NCBI GenBank assembly: GCA_001563335.1 | Contig: LRSL01000103.1 | Location: 1-11,522 of the forward strand | Reading direction: 5' to 3' | Source of the DNA: Candidatus Thorarchaeota archaeon SMTZ1-45 | GTDB lineage: Archaea > Asgardarchaeota > Thorarchaeia > Thorarchaeales > Thorarchaeaceae | Length of the DNA stretch: 11,522 nt | Shown: positions 6,204-11,522 of the stretch, one piece after another | Layout of the letters: each line of letters starts with the position of its first letter | Numbering within the stretch: the stretch's first letter is position 1 | Position numbers and translations under genes: made by a program | Notes under the pieces: generated by a model | The model's database searches: none | The model's input: the letters and a program-made list of their open reading frames with translations, nothing else | What the model was told of the DNA's origin: nothing

Positions 6204-7403
6204 TTATTTAGCCTCTCGGAGTACTAGAACTCGTGCATTTTTGAGTTCCTCCTTTAAAATTCCCAAATCCATAAGTTCTTCGCACGATGCAACCTTTTCT
6301 GGATCGGCTTGGACTGACGGGTATTTGGGATTTAGAGTACAACAAGATGCACCTTCGTTGGCAAACTTGTATGTTCCTAACTGTCTAGCTACACGCTCGA
6401 TTTCGACCTTGTCATCTCCTGCATTTGGACGCAGTATTGGAAAATCAGTAACTGCTTGCTCAATCACACGCAAGTTAGCAGTTGTTTGAGAGGCTTGTTC
6501 TCCAATAATCTCACCAGTCACAATTGCATCTGCTTTCTCTTGAATAGCAATCTCACGAGCAATACGTAACATGTTTCTTTTGCAAAACAAGCAGGTCATC
6601 TTCTTAGGAGCGTGTTTCTGAGCTTCTTCAATATCCGGAGCATGAGGCACAATATACATCTTAACCTCGAAACCGTGGATGTAATCAGCCAAGAGCTGTG
6701 CTTGTTTCATAGCTATCTCTGAACATTGCTCATCTGCATATGGTGTGTTATCAAGATGCAAAAAGACTGGAATGCAACCTCTTTTCATGACCTTGTAGGC
6801 AGCGATTGGTGAATCGAGTCCTGTAGAAATGGTGCAGACTACCTTGCCCTGAGAACCAGTTGGCATACCCCCAACCCCCCTAATCGTCTGAGTGAAGATA
6901 TGTGCATTGTCTTGACGAACTTCAACATAGATAGATTGCTCAGGATCTGTGAGGTTAACAGTAAGTTCCAATTCAGGAATTCCTTCAAGAATTCTTTCAC
7001 CAAGATTTTTCCTAACATCTTGGCTAGAGAATGGATGTTCACCAATTCTTCTTGCATCAACTGCAAATGAGAGCCCTTTCTTGAACTCAGCTCTTGCTAG
7101 TTTTTCACCTGTCGCAAGAATCTTGTCCATCTCAGCTGCGGTTTCGACAACGGGTGATGTTGACACTACTCCAAAGACCGTTGCTGCAACCTCAGCAGCT
7201 CTGATGGCATCTCGTGTTATGATGTAGATTCTCCCATAGACAGAATAGACCTTATCAAAGTGGATTTCATTTTGACGTAATGCGGATTCTATATGACCAA
7301 TTAGAAGGTTTGTCATTCGGCGTCGTGTCTGGGTGGACTTTATGCCAATCTCTCCAAAACGGATTATCACCAATGTATATTCAGCCTTTGTCAAAACACC
7401 CAC
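6204..7403 (-). CDS. thiI: tRNA 4-thiouridine (s4U8) synthase ThiI/TtuI, THUMP + PP-loop, CXXC+C (Fe-S) type, no rhodanese domain
   Basis: IRFGEIGIKS N-terminus; THUMP region (FAVDARR..NLTDPE..IYVEVR); GVGGMPTGSQGK; PP-loop STGLDSP; CLFCKR; VTGE..ASQT..NL; ILRP..DKVEI; distal CC. The true start may be TTG at 7394, which has AGGTG upstream. Confidence 0.93.
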   Translation of the reverse strand: MGVLTKAEYTLVIIRFGEIGIKSTQTRRRMTNLLIGHIESALRQNEIHFDKVYSVYGRIYIITRDAIRAAEVAATVFGVVSTSPVVETAAEMDKILATGEKLARAEFKKGLSFAVDARRIGEHPFSSQDVRKNLGERILEGIPELELTVNLTDPEQSIYVEVRQDNAHIFTQTIRGVGGMPTGSQGKVVCTISTGLDSPIAAYKVMKRGCIPVFLHLDNTPYADEQCSEIAMKQAQLLADYIHGFEVKMYIVPHAPDIEEAQKHAPKKMTCLFCKRNMLRIAREIAIQEKADAIVTGEIIGEQASQTTANLRVIEQAVTDFPILRPNAGDDKVEIERVARQLGTYKFANEGASCCTLNPKYPSVQADPEKVASCEELMDLGILKEELKNARVLVLREAK

Positions 7404-7470
7404 CTGACAGATAGGTCCAGTTTGCTACACTTATGTATTTAGTCAAGTGTGTGTGAATGATAGTACACAT

Positions 7471-8898
7471 CTATCGTCTCTTGATGAGTACGAGAGCCAC
7501 TATGATGACGATAGCTGAACCTAGGGATATTGCTAGTAGGAGTGGAGAGTCAAACTGAATTCCTGGATTGTCAGTTGGGCTAGTTGTAGGTTCTGTGCTG
7601 TTTGTTGTGGCGGTTTCGCTTGTGGTTCCTGTAATGTCCGTTGTAGTAGTTGTACTTGGTGTTTCAGTCGTTGTTGTACTAGTTGTTGTAGAAAGAACGG
7701 TTTCGTTCAATGGATTACCTAGATAGAAGTCCTTCATTAGAGAGAAGATATCGGTGTTGTCGATCAAGAGGTCTTCATCTAAATCAGAGAAAGCTTCACC
7801 AAATGCATAGAGAGGGACAGGCCAATTAGTGTGATATGTAGCTGTCCAATCCACTGTGACATTATTTGCACGTTCTGCACGTAGGGTTCTCCTATCTTCC
7901 TCAGACAAGAGATCTCCAGGTAGCTCTGAGTTAAGATTATGGCTTATAACAACCAATCCTTCAGTTTCATGATCAGCGGTCACAATCAGAACAGTGTTGT
8001 TGTGGTCTGTGACATAGTCTATAGCAACATCTACAGCTTTGTCAAATGCAATTGTATCAAGAGCTGTCCTGACTTGATCTTCATCATGAGCAGCCAAATC
8101 AATTCTACCTCCTTCAACCAATAGGAAGAAACCATCAGAGTCCTGAGAGAGCAGTTCAATTGACTTATTGGTCATCTCTGCAATTGAAGGTTGTACTGAG
8201 TAATCACGGTCATATTCGTAATCCATATGATAACCAGCAAAGACCCCAAAAACTTGTCCTGAAGTTATGCTTGCAAGTTCAGTTCGATTATATATGACAG
8301 AATAGCCTTTTGATATCATTATAGAGATCTGGGTACTATCGAAGTAGTCTAAACCTCCTCCTAGTAGCACATCGACATCAGACTCTACAATCTGCTGTGC
8401 AATATCATCATAGTTGTATCGACTGTTCGTGTGGACCATGAAGCTTGCTGGAGTGGCATCTATAATACGACAGGTGGAAACTACTCCTGTGGACTTATTC
8501 TGTGTTTGTGCAAACTCCAATATTGTTTCTAGCGGCATCTGCGATGGATCCATTCCAAGATACCCTGTATTCGTCTTTGTTCCGGTAGCCATTGCAGTAC
8601 CAGCCGCTGCTGAATCTGTTACAGCTGCGTTTGCTGCGTGAGTAGTGACAGATGCATTCCACTCTGAATCTTGCATATTAAGGGATCCAAGACCTCCAAC
8701 TTCAACAAGTCGTGCCAGCTCGACGTGATTAAAACCCATTCCATCACCAATCATCAGAATAATGCTTAGTGGTTCATTATAGGCAGGAGTAAATTCCCCT
8801 ACTGGTTTCATATTTGTGATGTGAGCTGAAGGAATTGACAAGAATGATATAATTAGTAGAATTATCAGAAACTTTGAGGAAGTGGGGGCAGCTCTCAT
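7471..8898 (-). CDS. phoA: Secreted, C-terminally membrane-anchored alkaline phosphatase (PhoA family)
   Basis: N-terminal hydrophobic signal; IGDGMG; catalytic TDSAAAGTA; DATPAS; VEGGRIDLAAH; VTADHET; YHT. Followed by a Thr/Ser-rich stalk, a TM helix (LLLAISLGSAIVIIVALVLI) and a KRR tail. Confidence 0.93.
   Translation of the reverse strand: MRAAPTSSKFLIILLIISFLSIPSAHITNMKPVGEFTPAYNEPLSIILMIGDGMGFNHVELARLVEVGGLGSLNMQDSEWNASVTTHAANAAVTDSAAAGTAMATGTKTNTGYLGMDPSQMPLETILEFAQTQNKSTGVVSTCRIIDATPASFMVHTNSRYNYDDIAQQIVESDVDVLLGGGLDYFDSTQISIMISKGYSVIYNRTELASITSGQVFGVFAGYHMDYEYDRDYSVQPSIAEMTNKSIELLSQDSDGFFLLVEGGRIDLAAHDEDQVRTALDTIAFDKAVDVAIDYVTDHNNTVLIVTADHETEGLVVISHNLNSELPGDLLSEEDRRTLRAERANNVTVDWTATYHTNWPVPLYAFGEAFSDLDEDLLIDNTDIFSLMKDFYLGNPLNETVLSTTTSTTTTETPSTTTTTDITGTTSETATTNSTEPTTSPTDNPGIQFDSPLLLAISLGSAIVIIVALVLIKRR
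7570..7692 (-). repeat. Low-complexity Thr/Ser-rich linker coding region in the phosphatase
   Basis: STTTSTTTTETPSTTTTTDITGTTSETATTNSTEPTTSPTD, encoded by runs of ACN codons. Confidence 0.8.
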
Positions 8899-8995
8899 GT
8901 GCGGTTACCAAATCTGTGCTGATTCCCTATGATATAAGGATTCAGGAGTAGACAAGGATACCAAGTGTTCATATTCTGGTTCGATATGCCATGCA
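8899..8995. promoter_or_regulatory. Short divergent promoter region between phoA and hydantoinase A
   Basis: 97-bp head-to-head gap; minus-strand TTATAT at 8937-8932, ~33 nt upstream of the phoA ATG. No clear plus-strand TATA identified. Confidence 0.45.
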
Positions 8996-11035
8996 ATGTT
9001 CAAGATGAAAATAATAGGAGTCGATGTAGGAGGCACTTTCACTGATCTGATACTTGTTTGTACAGAAACTGGTGAACAGTATATACACAAAGTCCCATCA
9101 ACTCCAGAAAACCAAGATATTGCAGTCACTCAGGGAATTACTGAAATTCTTGACACACATTGCATCAGTCCTCATGATGTGCATCTAATTATACATGGCA
9201 CAACTGTTGCGACAAATGCAATGTTAGAGAGAAAAGGTGCAAAAGTTGTTCTTCTTACTACAAAGGGGCTTGAAGATGTACTTGAGATTGGTAGACAGAA
9301 TCGAGAAGATATCTACAACCTACAAGCCACTAGGGCGAAACCGTTAGTGAGTAGAAAGAATAGAATCGGAGTAGAGGAGCGTCTTGATTCAGAAGGTAAC
9401 ATTATCATAGAGTTGAGTGACACGACGGTTGAAAATGTAGTTTCTAAAGCAATCAAGAAGCAGCCTGATTCAATAGCAATCTCTTTACTCTTTTCATTTC
9501 GAAATCAGAAACATGAGAAGAAGCTAATTCAATCTCTTCGGTCATTTTCAGAGTTGTATATTGCAGCATCATCAGATGTCCTTCCAGAATTTAGAGAATT
9601 TGAACGCACTTCTACAACTGTACTGGAGGCATATTTAGGACCTCTTGTAGCGGGATATCTTCAACGTCTAAGTACTTCAGTATCAAAAATCTGTCCCAAT
9701 AGTAGATTGGCAGTCATGCAGTCAAATGGGGGCACAATGCTAGCATCTCAAGCAGAAGGGAGGGTGATTGGTCTTGCTATATCAGGTCTTGCAGGAGGAG
9801 CCATTGGGGGATGGGAGATATCTAAGCACTGGAAAGTTCCTAGAGTTATAACAATCGATATGGGTGGAACCAGCTGTGACATAAGCGCAATTTCAGGAAA
9901 TATAATTGTAAGACCAGATAATGAAGTGGGGGGATTACCAATCCGTGTGCCATCTGTTGATGTTAAAACAATTGGAGCGGGAGGTGGTAGTATTGCATGG
10001 ATTGACAATGCAGGGGTGCTTCATGTTGGTCCCCAAAGCGCTGGTGCTTCACCAGGTCCAGCGGCTTATGGAAAAGGAGGTACAGAAGCGACTGTTACTG
10101 ATGCAAACCTAATTCTTGGTCGTTTGAGTCCCGACTATTTCCTAGGTGGAAATGTGAGTCTAGATTTGAATCAGGCACAAGATTCTGTTTCTAAAATATC
10201 CTCAATGCTTGACTTATCACTGGAAGATACTGCGCTAGGTATTATCAAAATTTCAACAGCAAATATGGTTCAAGCTATTCGTGAAGTCACAGTGGAACGA
10301 GGAACAGATCCGAGGAGTTACATCCTAGTCCCATTTGGAGGAGCTGGCCCCACCCAAGCTGTAGACATCGCTGAAGCACTTGATATCAATGCAATATTAA
10401 TACCGCCATATCCAGGCATAACTTCAGCACTTGGTCTTGTTTCTACTAATCTTCGAGTAGATCTCATGAAGACCACCCTGGTTTCAGCACAAAGAGAAAA
10501 TCAAGCGTTCATTTTAACAACATTCGAGAGCCTAATCAATGAGGCGGAACAACGACTTGTTAGTCAAGGAGCGTCCAGAGAGGATATTCAATACACGTGG
10601 AAAATTGACATGAGATATGCTGGTCAATCCCATGAGCTCATGGTTAGTCTTCCAAATAAACATGAGAAAATTGTAGAGAGTTCCATTGATATTTTCGAAC
10701 ATAATCATCATGAGTCATTTGGGTATATTATGAATAAGAGAGATATAGAGTGGGTTACTGCAAGAGTCGTTGCAGAGGCTCATTCTGGTGAGTTCCACCC
10801 AATAAGGCACTTGGTTAAAACTGATGCTGAACCTATTTGTGAGCGTTCAATTTTGGTAGAAGACGGTTCCAGAGTTAAGGCGGATGTTTTTCGACGCTGG
10901 GAACTTGGGATTGGGCAGGTCATTAATGGACCAGCAATTATTGAGCAACTCGATACTACGAGCTACGTGGGATTTGGTTGGTCTGCAACGATGGAGAACG
11001 ATGCTGTAATCTGGATGAGGAGAAACAAGAAATGA
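8996..11035 (+). CDS. hyuA: Hydantoinase/oxoprolinase family subunit A (N-methylhydantoinase A / acetone carboxylase beta-like, ATP-binding)
   Basis: GVDVGGTFTD, KVPSTP, HGTTVATNAMLERKGA, REFERTSTTV, DMGGTSCD, IGAGGGSIAW, GPQSAGASPGPAAYG, TVTDANL, FGGAGP, DMRYAGQSHEL, GPAIIEQ. The start may be the ATG at 9005. Confidence 0.93.
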   Translation: MFKMKIIGVDVGGTFTDLILVCTETGEQYIHKVPSTPENQDIAVTQGITEILDTHCISPHDVHLIIHGTTVATNAMLERKGAKVVLLTTKGLEDVLEIGRQNREDIYNLQATRAKPLVSRKNRIGVEERLDSEGNIIIELSDTTVENVVSKAIKKQPDSIAISLLFSFRNQKHEKKLIQSLRSFSELYIAASSDVLPEFREFERTSTTVLEAYLGPLVAGYLQRLSTSVSKICPNSRLAVMQSNGGTMLASQAEGRVIGLAISGLAGGAIGGWEISKHWKVPRVITIDMGGTSCDISAISGNIIVRPDNEVGGLPIRVPSVDVKTIGAGGGSIAWIDNAGVLHVGPQSAGASPGPAAYGKGGTEATVTDANLILGRLSPDYFLGGNVSLDLNQAQDSVSKISSMLDLSLEDTALGIIKISTANMVQAIREVTVERGTDPRSYILVPFGGAGPTQAVDIAEALDINAILIPPYPGITSALGLVSTNLRVDLMKTTLVSAQRENQAFILTTFESLINEAEQRLVSQGASREDIQYTWKIDMRYAGQSHELMVSLPNKHEKIVESSIDIFEHNHHESFGYIMNKRDIEWVTARVVAEAHSGEFHPIRHLVKTDAEPICERSILVEDGSRVKADVFRRWELGIGQVINGPAIIEQLDTTSYVGFGWSATMENDAVIWMRRNKK

Positions 11036-11522
11036 TTGAAGATCCAATCACCTTTGAAGTGATCAAGAATGCCCTCATATCTAGCGCTAGAGAGATGAGT
11101 CAAGCACTACAGAGAACAGCCTTTAGTCCAAATATTAAGGAACGTCGTGATTGTAGTTGTGCACTGTTTGACAGAGATGGAAAACTCGTCACCCAATCAA
11201 AGGACATACCTGTTCATCTTGGAGCAATGCCAATGTCTGTGAAAGCCTGCATCAAAGAACTTGGCAACAGACTAATCGAGGGAACAATGGCTTTAGTGAA
11301 TGACCCATACTCTGGAGGTTCTCATCTCCCAGATCTAACACTAGTTGCGCCTGTATACTATGATCATAAAAGAGTTGCATTTACTGCGAATCGTGCACAT
11401 CATGCAGATATAGGTGGTGAGAGCCCGGGTTCGATGCCAGGAGTTTCGACTTCAATTCATGAAGAGGGTATCATAATCAAACCACGTATCGTTGTAGTTG
11501 ACAACATGCTTCAACAAGAGAA
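11032..11522 (+). CDS. hyuB: Hydantoinase B/oxoprolinase family subunit (partial, runs off window)
   Basis: Not in the ORF track. ATG overlaps the hyuA stop (ATGA, 11032-11035), GAGGAG RBS at 11017-11022. Translates MIEDPITFEVIKNAL..EMSQALQRTAFSPNIKERRDCSCALFD..IPVHLGAM..NDPYSGGSHLPD..RAHHADIGGESPGSM..EEG. Confidence 0.94.
   Translation, partial: MIEDPITFEVIKNALISSAREMSQALQRTAFSPNIKERRDCSCALFDRDGKLVTQSKDIPVHLGAMPMSVKACIKELGNRLIEGTMALVNDPYSGGSHLPDLTLVAPVYYDHKRVAFTANRAHHADIGGESPGSMPGVSTSIHEEGIIIKPRIVVVDNMLQQE

Noticed and set aside
5240-7227. ORFs 5240-5482, 5835-6053, 6145-6489, 6839-7066 and 6949-7227
   Set aside because: Antisense or alternate-frame shadows of the deacetylase, histone and thiI genes.
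7939-11047. ORFs 7939-8124, 8414-8641, 8905-9129, 9748-10008, 9921-10112 and 10847-11047
   Set aside because: They overlap the well-supported phoA or hyuA genes and carry no motifs.

Overview
Archaeal chromosomal segment, most likely Asgard (Thorarchaeia-like; inferred from gene style, an archaeal histone, GGTGA/GAGGTG/GAGGAGG ribosome-binding sites and a giant Ig-repeat surface protein). The minus strand carries five co-oriented genes: a membrane-anchored alkaline phosphatase (8898-7471), a rhodanese-less CXXC+C-type ThiI (7403-6204), an archaeal histone with a short basic tail (6034-5804), a DUF2334/NodB-like deacetylase (5727-5044), and a giant secreted protein (4866 to <1, at least 1622 aa). 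The ORF track misses the giant protein because it has no stop codon in the window; I translated it by hand and found it open throughout. It has a signal peptide, a DNRLRE/CBM96-like domain, two DUF2341+LamG modules (one apparently inserted inside an MG2-like Ig domain) and Ig-like repeats. The plus strand carries a divergent hydantoinase/oxoprolinase A+B pair (8996-11035; 11032 to >11522). The most unusual non-coding signal is the ~100-nt region just upstream of the giant gene. On the coding strand only, it can fold into two mutually exclusive G-U-containing hairpins, the second followed by a U-tract, which resembles an attenuator or RNA switch; a G7 tract lies next to the putative TATA box. 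No tRNA, rRNA, CRISPR array or mobile element was seen. Domain names come from recalled motifs, not database searches.
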